DNA of 64,000 bases from Botryllus schlosseri (taxonomy: Eukaryota), in assembly GCA_051294905.1 (NCBI GenBank), contig CM119371.1, positions 16,680,001 to 16,744,000 of the forward strand. The letters are read 5' to 3'. This document shows, one piece after another, positions 1 through 13,799 of this stretch (its first letter is position 1; every line of letters starts with the position of its first letter). A model generated the notes under the pieces. It saw only the letters and a list, made by a program, of their open reading frames with translations. It had not been told where the DNA came from and did not search any database. Position numbers and translations under genes: made by a program.

Positions 1-378
1 ATTGGCATTGTGACGCAACATTGGTATCTGGCTATTTTTCTCTTGAGCTACTCTCTCGTTTCCCCAGACAGCATTGTTACGTCTGAGCTACTCTCTCGTT
101 TCGCCAGACAGCATTGTTGCGTCTCAATGCCAATCTCCATAACAATGAAAAATTCGAGGCTGATTGTGGGAGTTCCAGGGCCACGAGCGGAATAAAATTT
201 ATATTTTCGTAATCAATGGAGAGTCAGCTTTCGATTGATACCTGTTTTACCAAATTTAATGCTCGGCAAGCCGGTCAAAAATGACCGTCAAATTGCCTGT
301 AGCCAAATAGAAATTGTGACGTGATACAATTTTACTGAGGCGTGAGATTTGCCTGTGTCGACACCACATAGGACACTA
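1..378. mobile_element. Right half of a foldback (long inverted-arm) MITE, same family as 62378-62815
   Basis: About 120-378 is the reverse complement of 62378-62640 (ends GGACACTA). The internal 37-bp duplication TGAGCTACTCTCTCGTTTC..CAGACAGC is also shared. The left arm lies before the window. Confidence 0.85.
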
Positions 379-777
379 TGGTCCAACCATTGGCCATTTG
401 AACAGTTTGGTACAAAGCGAATTTCTATTGATGAGGTCGTGATATCCGTCCATATTGCTCTTACTACAGTTACAGTTGAATAATAATCGCACATTTAAAG
501 ATTGAATTGAGCTGTATGGCTTAATGTTAACGAGTGCAGTGCCAGTGTTAAAACACCGCGTCAGAATTTTATTGCTGTACACAGCAATGGCATGGAGTAA
601 AGTGCGTTCTAGTGAAACTATTATGTTATCGACAATTGACAAGTATTCATAATGACGTCACAAGCCGGCACGGTGGCACCTATGTCTTCGTTGCTGCATT
701 CGATGTTACTGGCGGCTGACATACTCTTGATTACTATAGATAACTAACCTACGGGTAAATTAGTAATCTATATAGAC

Positions 778-1471
778 CAGGGGGCCAACCTTTTCGGCTA
801 AAGGACCACATGAAATCGACGAACGAGTGTGCTTCCCACTAGCCACGCCATCAGGCGCGTAAAAATTTCAAAGTATATATTATTATTACTTGGGTATATC
901 GCGGGTCGACTGTATACCGCTTGCTGGGCTCAGTTTGCAAGGACAGGACTATTCGGCATCTGGACATATCGATATCGAAGATTTCCGCTAATATACGACA
1001 ATGATTTTTTGCCTCCATTTCATCGTCGACGATCTTTCTGCGAGCGCAAACGCGAAAAGACTTTTCCTCGTAATTGCGAATATATAGTTAGACTCAATCT
1101 GCTGAATCATGCGTTTTTTCTATTTTCAGGAGGCGGTAGGCTCCAAAGAAAGAAATCGTGGGACAATTAAACACGCGAAGAAAAATTTTACTACTTTTTT
1201 AGTTTATTGTAAAGTAAAACGATTTACTAAAAATGTGACTGGACCCTGGATCTGCCAATGCGTCGTAACTGATATTTTAGTCATCAACATCCCAAGTGTC
1301 GCGGCCAGACAAATCCTATTTTTGGTTGGCCTTGCAAGCTCACCATCTGAGAAATTCAATTTCGATAATATAATATAATTTCGATAATATAATGGTAAGT
1401 TAGCTCGCGGGCTACTCAAAACCTTCTCGCGGGCCACATATGACCCGGAGGCCGCGGGTTACCCACCCCTG
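778..1471. mobile_element. hAT-type (Buster/Charlie-like) MITE
   Basis: Termini CAGGGG...CCCCTG; flanks ATATAGAC/AAATAGAC (7/8 TSD); internal similarity to 56619-57463. Confidence 0.8.
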
Positions 1472-1499
1472 AAATAGACAGACCCCTTCGATAGTTTTC

Positions 1500-1637
1500 A
1501 GAGCCGGAGCCAGAGCTGGAGCAGGAGCAGTGGTAACAATGCGGCTCCGGAGCTGGAGCCGGAGCTATTGTATGATAAAAGAAAGCTCCAGAGCCGGAGC
1601 TGGAGCAATGCAAATTTACGGCTGCTCCAAAGCCCTG
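1500..1637. repeat. GGAGCC/GGAGCT-rich MITE end
   Basis: Degenerate (GGAGCY)n ending AGCCCTG; it produces the low-complexity part of ORF 1416-1976. Confidence 0.55.
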
Positions 1638-2003
1638 GTTGTACATGCATTTTAGTGTGTGTTCATACCCCATTTGAGGTTGCAACCACACCAGAGTCGC
1701 GCTGACCCATCGTCTTCCCTTAGTGTTTCTAGAACCCCTTGAGCTGTCATGAAATGTCTCTGTACTCCCTATCCACGATCGAAATAGCACTTTGCCAAGC
1801 CGCCCCAAACGCTGGTATGGGATGGCTCTCATAATATTCTCAACACAACTTATTTGAATTTCATGGACAAAAGCCATTTCAGCGACTGGAGATAAAAAAT
1901 ATAGAAGGTTTCGCCCATATGCTGTGATTTTAGAGTACAAATGTTGATCACCACCGGCGGTGTATCTAAATATCAAAGGTTTTGGCGTGTTCTGCGGTGG
2001 AAG

Positions 2004-3526
2004 TTACGGCGAGCACCGAAATGTTTGATTTGGCAGTCCATCATCCCTGGACTGAAGGAATCTGACGGCCTTAAGGCATCGTTCCCTCATAATTGCGAAA
2101 ACGTCGCGTATCTTTTCTGTGACTTATGTTGTATTTTTAATATCAGCTACTATTATTTTGTCGAAGGAAATGGCAGGCCCAAATTTAAAGCAAGAATACG
2201 TATGAAAGGGAATCGCGCAAAGAGCAAGAAAAATATTCAGTGGAAGAAATCTCGCCAATTATATTCCACGTTATGTTAATTTGCAAAATAATGTAGGTAA
2301 TTAAATAGCGTGTAGTTGAACACTGAATCTCGTCCCCCTAATCGGATGCTTCGTACCCCCAAGGGGCCCGTGGACCCTAGTTTAAGCACCACTGGTCTAG
2401 GCGTTACCTCTACAATTGGCAATGCTGTCTGTGGTCCCAGCAAGGGTTCGACACAATGATCCAAGTAGGCCTACTTGATATCTGAATTGAAATACCAGAG
2501 TGACGGTTTTAGCCATATGGATTAAGAGAGCTGGATTCCGTATCAGGCATTCAATAACGAAATTATTTAAATATGAATAAGTGAACTCTTAACGACCATA
2601 CTATTAATCATGCTGTTCTATGAATTTCATTACCCAGAGGTATGTGATGATTCTTGCAATAAATCGTTATTGCTTTATCGCGACCTCTATGGTCGGTTAC
2701 TTCTGAATAAAAATATTTACTATGGGCCAATCCCTTATTGGATGTCCGTAAACATAGTTGATATAATAGCCACTAGCTTTAAATTTGATAGCGATACCTC
2801 ACGGGTCTACAGAGGATTTTGAGCAAGGTTTATTTAACGGTCAAATATGAACTTTTATCCCGTAGCTCTTCAAAGTACATATTGTTCGGAGCAGTTACCT
2901 AGTTTTTGCATACTTGCTTAAGTGACTATGTTTTATCTATGACATAATTCAACGTCTACATAAAAATTTCCCAATAAATTTGAAGAATATTTGCACTTTA
3001 AATCAAAAAAAGCGGAAATGTCCTTTTGATAGAGCTAGCATCAATTCTACGAAAATAATTATCATGAAAACGTTCTAGGCTCCCCCTCGCCATCGCATCA
3101 GTGTAAATGATGTTATATTGAAGCCTAGAAGTGGGTCGTGCTATAAGTTGGCAGTCATGGAATAAAAATGATGAAAAGAACCATAACAGTCGACAATCAC
3201 CATGAACACCACAAACTACAGCATGCAAAAAGTGTGGAACACCCCGACCATCATCCGTTTGTTTTGAAACTATATATGCTTACTTGAGTACTCTCCTGAC
3301 ATTTCATGTTCTACTTTCACTTTAGTAGGTTTTGGAAAGCCCTGGAGATTGCCAAGCAAATTATTCACGGAATAGCGTATAAATTTGTTGTGTTAGGTAC
3401 ACTTTACATTGAGCAGCAACGGGGACTTATTTGACTATATAGTTGCAGATTCTTACCTCTATAGGTAAATGCCAAGTTTTTGCATTCCTCTCTAAGCGTA
3501 TTGCTCCATAATAACCAGTTCCACAA
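2004..3526 (-). CDS. Candidate 3' end of a spliced minus-strand gene of unknown product (exons about 3526-3457, 3341-3284, 2702-2634, 2470/2481-2408, 2116-2004)
   Basis: GT-AG-bounded open segments with mostly compatible phases, ending ...LCRTLAGTTDSIANCR/EKIRDVFAIMRERCLKAVRFLQSRDDGLPNQTFRCSP*. One acceptor is ambiguous and no domain is recognisable. Confidence 0.3.
3072..3220 (+). mobile_element. tRNA-derived SINE family 1, 5'-truncated diverged copy
   Basis: Matches body and tail of 25201-25479 (CTAGGCTCC...AGCCTAG...GTGCTATAAGT...GTCGACAA.CACCATGAA). Confidence 0.75.
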
Positions 3527-5034
3527 CTAACGCACCCCAAATCCCCCGATTTAGGGGGAACCGAGTTCGAAAGGGGCCCATGATTTATTTCGTAAATAAG
3601 CGTAAGTTATGGAGTATTTTGGGGGGAAATCGTCGAAACCTATAAATCTTATTCGCGCCCCGCGCATTTCAATCTCGCTACATGTCTTGATATCCATAAG
3701 AGTATCTAAGCCCACTCTAAGACCTATAGAATACTTCGGCCGACATGAGACTCCGTATTCGTGGCGAGACAATAACCGCCTCATGTTGGCCGAAACCTTG
3801 ATATATGTATGTAGGTATATATGTCCATTGACAAATTGTCAAATGTTCATATAAACACCTAAATGGCAATCTGAGGACAAAATTATGCAACAAATGTCAA
3901 CCCGTGCGTCTCGAAAAATAGGATTTTCTTTTAGTCATCAATAGGCGGATGCAATATTTTATGAATATGTAGCAGGCTGGAGGTCACTCAATTACAAAAT
4001 TCGTACCCCGTACGTATGTAATAAACGCTCGTTTATCATTAACATGCCCTAAGTTTTCCAAGGCACCACTTCGTTTGGCTCGACACGGTAATCTGATCAC
4101 GCGAGCTGAAAAAAATCCGAAAGATCTGTAATTACAGATATTACTAAAAATAACTTAACTATGAAATTCAAATATTTTCGCACATACACAGGTAACGCAG
4201 ACGCTGTGCTGCACTACACCAATATAATATTTTGAAGTCGAGTAGCAAACCTGTAAAACGGTGGTTTGGCGATAGGGTAGAGGCCCTCAAACGTTTGTTT
4301 GATTGCCCAAGAGCAACTTTTTACGGGGAGGGGGGTCGTGGCGAAGTGATTTGATGATTACATGGCAGCAATCTATTGGCGGTGGGAGAAATCATCATAC
4401 AAATTAATCTTGCGTTGACGATGCCGCGTTAATAAAGCGATTGGTTACTTTTAATAAGTTACTCATTTGCCGAAATTTGACAGTGTGTTTTTCTGTAACC
4501 GACAAATAAATGAGGAATGTATGTTTCGAGGCTGGCCTTTCCAACTCGAAAGCGATGTCGAGATTACATTCCAGCTTCAATAACGCCACGGATCGCATCA
4601 TTCGAATACAGTTTTTTGCAGAAATACCGTAAGACATGGCCGTCCTTGCGAGGTATTACGCATTAATGAAAATGCGGAAATGGGCGTCTAAGGTACGAGA
4701 TGCCAAAAATGTTGGTTGGTCAATATAGGTTCCTAGTCATTTTAAAGTAGACCGCGCGGGGCGTTACTTCTTCAACAGTAATGGTCTAAATGTCTACACA
4801 CGTACTAATATGCCACCAATAATGACCGTTGCCCAACTTGTATACATCTTTAATTATACGTCCGAATATCCAGGCGCATTAATATGGATGGAAACGAAAT
4901 CATATTGACATTTAGTGGCATATAGACATATATATATATAGTCTAATATCGTCCAACACCATTCAATAAATTCCATCATGCATTGGTAATGCTCGTTATG
5001 ATAAACAGTCCACGCATGCTCGCGTAAAACTTGC

Positions 5035-5298
5035 TAGAGCGGGGAGTGGATAGTCCATGGATTGGATATATACCGGATCGGAGGGGAAATCATAGTGTGG
5101 CGGATACGTCCGAATCCGGATCAGATCCAAATTCGTGCTTTTTATGATACGGTCGGTGTACAAGGGAGTATTGTGCTGGATTTAGCCAGATCCTGATAGA
5201 TATTGGCATTTTTAAAAATTTTTGGTCGGAGCCGGATTCCATTGTCAAGAGACCTGATCGGACTCGGACTCAGGAATTTGTCCGTCAGCGCCGCACTA
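5035..5298. mobile_element. MITE with CCGGAT/GGATCGG subterminal motifs
   Basis: Ends TAGAGCGG...CCGCACTA; motif content resembles 24664-25058; no clean TSD. Confidence 0.55.
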
Positions 5299-7576
5299 CT
5301 TGTTGTCCGTTAAAAGTGGCGGGTAATAGTTAGGCCTATACTATGCTATTCGGTAATTCGGATGAAACGGTTAGTTGAATTATCGGTTGTTATATTCAGG
5401 ATTGAATATTTTGCAACGACTACATGAACTTCAGTGAAGAATAAAGCATGGATAGGTTAGCAGAATCTGATCGCGATTCCCGTGATACCTATCTCTCAAA
5501 GTGTTTCAGATATCTGATTACTATGCTATCACTAACTATTCAAAACACAATATGGCGATAAAAACGCAATGGGCATAGTTTGCATCATTTTATATTGTAT
5601 CAATGACGTACAGTGAACTGACTACGCCTAGTTTGAAACACCCAACTCGTGTGACTGGATGGTCCGGATACATTGACATTGGCATTGTAGAATGAACTAC
5701 TTGATTGGGAAATTCCGTCCTGTAATTTGACGGCCGTGTGGAGTATTGTTACCGATATGTTATGGATGCTACTAGTTCGGAACTACTTGACTGCCGGAAT
5801 GAATATGATGTTTAGAATTGTATATTTAAATCTCGTTCATACTTTTATGACAATCGTATCCAACGAGGTGCATTTTTACATAGGCTACTACCTCTCTCTG
5901 GACTACCGTATCCAACGTAGAATTAGAACGTTCAATTACACATGCATTTTTGTAATATCTATGTATAATCGTATATTTCTTGTCACATGGGATGATTATA
6001 ATCAAATTTCTGAGCTTACCTCCAACTGCGGTGCCGTGGAGGTTGCCGAATTCATCGCAGCTAAATGAAATAGATTTCTGATTATTTTGGTTTCGTTAAT
6101 TTAGAGGAATATATTGCACTACTTGAAAAGACGACAGCAGACCAATTTTTATACTCACACAGTTGAGTGTCTGTTAAAATGACTAATCGCCGATAAAAAG
6201 CAAATGTTTTAATTCGACAGAAATCGACAGTTTCATAGTAGAAAAATGTAAACTTCAACGAATCAGAGGCGATGTTTAGTCTCTATACATTTGTTCAATA
6301 TTTTAACGACCACTTATTTATGCAATCGAAAGTTACTAGGATTTAAAATAAAATATATGTCATGGAAGACCTAGATATGTAAGATTCGGATTAGATTGGT
6401 TTTAAATTTTCATTGTCAATAATTGCAACAGTATATCGCTAGCCGTCCTGTTGCGTCGCTGCTGAATTTCTTCCGTTAAATATATTCATTCCAATGGCAT
6501 ATTAGTGGGTTTTGTGCAGCTCAACCCATTATTAGTTCCAAAATGACCTAAATACCAAACAAAGCAATAACTTCGAAGCATACATAAATGACACAAACAC
6601 GGTATGATTTCTATTTGCTATTATAACGCGATAATATAGTCAGCAGTTAGGAACATCCAATGGGAATTAAATGATGCAGCGGGGCTGATCACACTGTCGG
6701 ATTTGGTACATTGTTTGGTGTTTAATAGGGTGAATCATTATTCTCAAAGATATCGCAAATATCTGCATATGGTTAATATTGGTCGCTGATGAAATGTAAT
6801 CCTGTGCAAATCATTCTGAGAAACGAGAAATTACCACCCAATCGAATTATTGTAAAACCAGCATTTGTTAAAAAATATTCGGTAATCTTTTGGAACAGAA
6901 AAGCATTACGGAATATATTAAATATATGATGTCATGTTCCAACTTACAGGACATCTGTCTAATAATTTTCGGCTTCGGTTTTAATGGTGGAGGTCGCCTC
7001 TTTTCGCGCGGCTGTAGAAAGAGAATTTCAAACAGTTATATCTCGATTCAAATGCTAAGACCGACCCTGACTAGTAGCATACCTTGGGTGTTTCGGTGTT
7101 TCTATTGACGTGGGACATTTTGCCGCGTAAAGTATTGACCAGTTAGTGTCTTGGCAAAATGGCCACTTCTACATCAACAATTACAGGTTGGAATCTAAAA
7201 TGAAAACCTATAAATCTGATCAATGACCGTTAAAAATGCACTTTTATGAAGGACACATCAATTCGAAATGTATCGATGAAAATCTGACTGAAACGGAAAG
7301 TCTAGATTTTATACAACTATTAAATGTAAACATAAAATGGGCCAATAGTAAGCAGCTGAATTATATTGTGCACAAGCGCGTATAAACCCTAGATGAAGTT
7401 TTACCGACCTTGCATCCATTGTACATCTACAAAACCACGCACTCATCACTTAATCATGAATATGCAGTTCGACCTATAATTATGTCGGAGAGACCGCATT
7501 TCGTATGTTTTTTTACATATAATATAAACATTTTTGCTTCCCTCTTTTCGTTTGCCGCTGTATCATAGGTTTTCGG

Positions 7577-7980
7577 TAGGGTTATCGTACATCGTCTATT
7601 AGTAAGATATTTCCTCTTTTTTAACTTTTTTGAAAATATCCTCGGACGACGGACAAATGTCCTCTGTTTGGAGAATTTGTCCTCTTTTTTGAAAATTTTG
7701 GTTAAAAGGATTGGGAAAATTCAACTGGCGCATAGGAAATCAGTACTCAAGTAACGGTTCGGTGGGAATTTCGGGAGTTGACGCAGAAAAATGCCCTTTT
7801 TTATTTTTTAGTCAACACCATAACATTTTAACGGAAAAAGTGGATAAATCGGTAGTCGAATCAAAGTGATTAGCTTTTTCTAGCCAACCAACTACAAACT
7901 AAGAATATACTCTTGTATTGTAAGTCTGAATTTTTTTAAAAAGTTTCTTCTTTTCAGATTCCCAAAATATGGTAACCCTA
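7577..7980. mobile_element. hAT-type (Ac-like) MITE
   Basis: TIR TAGGGTTA...TAACCCTA; exact 8-bp TSD GTTTTCGG on both sides. Confidence 0.9.
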
Positions 7981-9931
7981 GTTTTCGGTAAATATCACAA
8001 TCATTCCTTGAGTAAATTTCAGCCTAGAAATATTTTATATATAAGTACCGGAGAGGGCGCAGGAAGTTTCCAAACTATGTAAACATACATTTTATGTTAA
8101 TTTTTTATTCCCATCTAATTGAATGTTAGTCGAGTGTAGACAGGTATTCTAGATCCTTGCATCGCTTCGCGTCTATTTACTGTAACCATAACGATCTCTG
8201 TACCGATACTATGCTCATATGTTAACATTTACCATGATTTGCAAAATCAAAACTCAAGTAACCGGAATACGCTCAGAGTTCCCACAATTTTTCTCGTGAC
8301 GCATTGGTCTAAAAGGGCAACGACATTGTCAAACGTCTAAAACGTGTTTTAGTGCATCTTGAGAGTATCAAATGCAGCAAATCAATATCCCGGTCAGTAT
8401 TTTCTGCAAATATTATCTGAAGCATGACAGCCAACACAATATTGTTATGGCAATTAATAATGTGTGATATATCATGCATGCAGGGAGAATGCATGCAAAA
8501 ATGATTGTCCGCTGTATTGAACACACGTGCAAGGTACAAACATAATTTAATAACCTATTTCTAATGTTATTTTTTATCAGCAGCAGCAAAAAAACAGCAA
8601 ATCCATGACACGCATATATGCATATTTCCGTACAAATCTTTTTTTCGCAAACTTTTCATGTCCCTAATTTTTAGGCAATTATTCTATTGAAACAATAATT
8701 TGTTGCTGTGTCGCTATTGGTATTAGCTGGCGCTTCCTCGATAGCATATCGGCTTCAGATCTACCTAAACGAACTAGCCCATGGTATGATGCGAATATTT
8801 TGTTACTTCCATCTCACAGGAGCTGTAGCGCCCGTATTAAAAGACTGCCATGCTATATCAGATGTGAGCTCAGCTCGGAAATCATAGAAATAATTTTTAT
8901 GGGCTCTGCGTAAAATACCCATTAGGTGTCAAAACAACACGAATACTAGACGACAACGTTTCAAGTTTATAAAGTTCTGACTCGAATTGAAGAAGTTTAA
9001 AGTTGATACGCATGACTATATAGCTCCACAAACCAAATCATGACAACGCTCATTCCCGTCTTGTTTGGACAGCGGCATTTCGCAGTTACTATTGAAACTT
9101 TGGCCCCGGACATTTTTATGACTATCTGTTTGAGTTTCGAAAATGTACTTACTTTAACAGGGGAAAACGAATGCAAAACATTCCACAAGATCGTAAACAA
9201 CTTATCGTATTAACCTCCGGGTCACTATAGGCAAGCAAACAAATTCACGCCTGTCATATTTGTTCGAGCGAAAACGCCGGCATACTATCAACGATGTTTA
9301 AATCCGAAATCGTAAATACTATAGCTTTCCTTGGAGGCTTTATTTTCGTTGTCAAAGTCGGCTATACCATATTTTCGATGATGGATGGACAGACCGTACA
9401 ATTTTTGGTATTTTGGGAACCAAATTCCAAAACTGCCAAAAATAAAAATTGTAAAATGCTATTTTTGGCATATACCAAAATGTAGATTTTTATGAAAGTT
9501 AAGAAAGAAATGTGAACAAGTATTGAAATGAGTCTGCATGAAGCGACAAAACAAGTGTTTAACGCTAAATTCCTAAATTGAGGCCCCTAAACCCTTCGCA
9601 AGGCTGCGGTCTACCGTCCGAGGGATCCATGTCACGAGAATGAGAATCTTAGCGTCAAAGCAAAATAGTTGAGTACTGAAATCTGGATTTACGATATACT
9701 GTTGATTAATCTGCCAGATTAGCAAGTGGTATCCATTAATTAGAGGGATGTAGCTCAATGCCAAAGAATGCTCTTATTGTCACCTCTCGTGCATTTTTGC
9801 TACATCGTGAAGCCGACACGTGCGAACCATGCTGCATTCAAGTCGAGGCGTATATAATTCCATTTACTTTCAACTTGTTAATGAAAATGTCACCATATCG
9901 TGCAATCACGTGCAATCTCGTTGGACAGTAG

Positions 9932-10149
9932 CAGGGTTACCAGACGTCGTCCTTTAGGAGGATTTGTCCTCCTTTTTGAAGAAATGTCCCCTTCGCCTAA
10001 ATTTTTAAAAGGTGGGGAATTCGGGAGTCGAGTCAAAGTGATGACCTTTATTTTAGTAAACACAACAAGATTTCCAGTAAATATTTTAAAATCAATTGTT
10101 TTCGATTACGGTAAACTAACTTTCCCGAAACCAAAATATGGTAGCCCTA
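9932..10149. mobile_element. Short MITE related to 7577-7980
   Basis: CAGGGTTACCA...TGGTAGCCCTA; shares TTTGTCCTC..TTTTGAA, GGGAATTCGGGAGT and CCAAAATATGGTA motifs. Confidence 0.75.
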
Positions 10150-10152
10150 GAC

Positions 10153-10603
10153 CAGCGATTCCCAACCTGTGGTACGTGTAACACTAGCGGTAAGCGAAAG
10201 TCATTCAGGTGGTACGCGAGTAGATTCTGTTGTTGTTGTTTTTTCGACCGAAAAGAGTTATTAGCTCAGGTTGGGTTGATTTTGAGTTATTTGATGCCGT
10301 CGTTGTCGTGGATAGGGTCAATCCCACCAATGGCGGCCTACGGGGAAGAGATCTAATCGTAAATCATTGGGATTCTTACCTAACCAAATTCCGTTTGAAT
10401 ATACTTGACCGCAAGAATTACAAATGGATCCACTATAAAAATCATATACTGCACCTTAAAATAGGCAGTTTATTTTATGTTTCGCTGCCTTCGGTGGAAA
10501 TGTTTTTGATCGCTGTCGGCGCGCGTAACTCATGTATGTGGTATGCGAGCACTGCATAAAACCTCGAAATGGTACGTGGGTGGAAAAAGGTTGGGAATCA
10601 CTG
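10153..10603. mobile_element. hAT-type (Buster-like) MITE
   Basis: TIR CAGCGATTCCCAACCT / AGGTTGGGAATCACTG; exact TSD CCCTAGAC. Confidence 0.92.
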
Positions 10604-10611
10604 CCCTAGAC

Positions 10612-10744
10612 CAGTGGTTCTCAACCTTTTTCACCTCGCGGACCGGTAAAATTTCAAAAAATGTCTGGCGGACCGGTGAACTTTCAAAATTGAAATGAAG
10701 CCAAAATGTAAAGCATACAACCGATTTTTGCAATTATATGGTGC
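10612..10744. mobile_element. Left end of a hAT MITE interrupted by the EnSpm-like element
   Basis: CAGTGGTTCTCAACCTTTT plus repeated GCGGACCGG; the matching right end was not identified. Confidence 0.65.
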
Positions 10745-13233
10745 TACCCAGCAAACACTCGATTTCCAGTTGACTTCCTGCGGAATAGCCGCAGGGCGCC
10801 CAGTGTAACTTCCCTGGAGTGGATTTGTCGACTACTAGAAGCGTCCTAAACACTTTCTGAGTTGGCCTACTATGGACGTAAAGCGACTCCATATGGACTC
10901 ATTGGATCTGCTGTGAACGTGACTTGACTCCCTATGGATGCGTCAGACCTACTGTGGACGTGACGTGACTCCCTATGGATATGTCATTTACCACCTGTTC
11001 TATTCCTCGGGATTTCCATATCAGGACTCCCCTCCACACCTGGTGCAATTACATGGAATTCAACATCACATAAACTAACGAACTGTTTATATTGGGTTAC
11101 TGGAAAACAACGACAATTGCAAAATACAAGTACAACATTACCTAATGAACTATTACTTGTTAACAAAGTCCAGGCTTACGTGAAAAATCGATCAGGAAAT
11201 CACTACAAATAAATGTGTCAGTGGGATTTTGTTTATAACAGCAAGTTCTAAGTCAATTTTATATTACCATTACAAACATTTCAATTGAAGTGCATCATGA
11301 AATTAGAAATAAACGTGTCACATGAATTTGAAAAAGTTAAACTGCAAATACAACTAAAACATGGAAAAGCATGAAGCAATCATAAGTAATAATTTACATT
11401 GCATATGATAAAATAATGCATCATTTGCACCGCATCATGTTAAGAGCGCGAGCGCGTATTCTCAATAAACTTGGTTGCAACAACAGTTTTCTTCTTGGTC
11501 TTTGTTTTGCCTGAAACATATACAACAATGTCAGCAGATCATTTGGAATTTGCGTCAGGGCTTCAATTTCTATTTCCTCATGCATTAATTGTGATATGTC
11601 TTGTTATCCGCTACTTCTACTTGTGCTGAGTGATAATTTATGACGATACTACCATATCTACTCGAGTGCGGGAAGCTTCTGACGTTGTGATATGGAGTAT
11701 GCAACCCGTCAATCAAATTAAATTGTGGAAACACCTCAAGTACATACTTCAGTACTTTCCAGAACTTCTACTTTACCTAAAATAGTTTTGATAAGCCGTG
11801 TATATTGCTGCTTGAGTGCTTGAAACCGAGTAGAAATACATTGCGTTATTCTTACTTGTACTAGACTACTGACGCTACAAATATTTCTAATTGAGTGCTG
11901 AAAATGATTACTTTCCTTATCTCTGTTTAAAAGCATACAACTACGACATTCCTCAAGTCTCCATATTTTGACCGTGTCGACACTTGGAAATAGTTTGATG
12001 TCATGTAAATCGCTATTTATACTATTTAGTACGGTACTAACGATGAATACTTTGACGACCTTCATTTCGAACTTACCACCTACTACAACTAGGGTTTGCC
12101 ACGGATCTGAATAGAGTAACGATAAGTCGAAACAGATGATCTTTTAGGGTACATAAATTGTACTCAACAAGAATTAGAATTCCGATTCTATGTACCACTG
12201 CGAGGCCTAAAAACATCGATTGGCCATATCGCAGAACACGGCACATGTAGGACGTAGCTACGCACGATCGTGTCAATGACAAATGTATTGTCTCAAAGTA
12301 CAATGAAATAGGAATTATGTTATATCTGAAAAACTTTCTTCGATGTGATGTAGAGCCGGTATTCATTTTCTTTGAAGTCGCATAGGAGATAGATATTTCA
12401 ACTTTTCCTTGTTCTTAATGTTGTCACATCATATATAGCAGAGGCTTCAAATTCAAATGTGGTCGCAGGTCATTTTCCGGAATTTTGACGACGCAGCAAG
12501 ATAAGGATACTCAATGTATAATTTCCATGTAGGCCTTTTTTGACGGGAGCTTGCAGACAAGAATTCCACAAACATCTCGAGAATGTAATTTACTATTGTA
12601 TCATTCACGTTTGACACGAAAAAAAATCACTGTTTTTAATATTTCAATAAAATTATTTTTGTGCTGGGCATAATTTGTTAAAATAATGAGTTATAGAGAT
12701 AATGCAATATGATGCATCATGATATCGTCAAACTCTGGGTTATAATACTGTAGTTGGTGGACCTTTGACGTGTCACAGTTTTTTGTAGGGTATTTTAAAA
12801 TCTACTGAAATTTGATCTGGTATTAGAGCATTTGAGCGATGTAGCCTAATCCGGGTTTTGATATAGTCGTGATAAGTAGGCTGTTGCTACTGTCATTACC
12901 GAAGTCAAAATTAGATGTTGCCTTCGATTATTATTGGAACATATCAATAACAACTTTAGCCATAGTAATAGCATTGTTTCTTAGCCTTAGCGATCGCACC
13001 CTTTATGCTACTTAAAAGATTTCTAGCAGCCCACAATTTCTGATGGTACCTATATTAAAATCAGATAGTCAATTCACATGAAATTGAGCATAGCACGAGA
13101 ACCACAGCATATAGGTCTAATTCCACGATGAATATCGTATCCTTCTGATGTGGTGCTTCGTACCACGAAAGGGTCTACGGGCCCTGGTTAAGAACCCTTG
13201 GGATAGAATTGAGCACAAAATTTTCTTTTAGAA

Positions 13234-13604
13234 CAGTGGTTCCCAACGTGGGCGATATCGCCCCCCAGGGGGCGATTTGGCGATCTAGGGCGGCGAAAAT
13301 GACGAAGGGGGCGATAGGGGGGCGAAAATGGACAAAGGGGGCGAAATAGCGAAGGGGGCGATGACGCGTCAAAACGGCTGACCTTTTTTTTATTTTTATT
13401 TTTTAGTCATCCACCGACCAATTCGGAGAGAAAAAACGTTATTTTCAGCTCTGAGCGGAGAAAGATGACCTTTTTTTTTTTTTTAGTCAACCCGCCGGTG
13501 ATTACAGTCTGTATGCCCAATTACCGGTGCACAAAATTTGGGGGGCGATGATCGGTGTTGACCTTGAAAAGTGGTGATGGGTCGAAAAAGGTTGGGAACC
13601 ACTG
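13234..13604. mobile_element. hAT (Buster-like) MITE nested in the EnSpm-like element
   Basis: TIR CAGTGGTTCCCAAC / GTTGGGAACCACTG; exact TSD TTTTAGAA; GGGGCGA subterminal repeats. Confidence 0.93.
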
Positions 13605-13799
13605 TTTTAGAACTTTTTAATTCATTTTGAAGTGAATTTTACAAGCTTGGTAAATGGCTAATTGTACAGCAGTAGAAATTCAAGGCATTGCAATTGCAAC
13701 TATTTCAACTCCAGTGCAAACAATAATTACTTTGACCACCAGCTATGATTAAACGCTAAGAAGGCCTACGCAACACCTCAACCAAATATACTTTTTAAA

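Noticed and set aside
1416..1976. 186-aa minus-strand ORF
   Set aside because: It crosses two MITE ends and GGAGCC repeats and has no domain-like content.
4404..4637. THAP-like N-terminus
   Set aside because: The C2CH, W and P signature could not be found in the frames examined.
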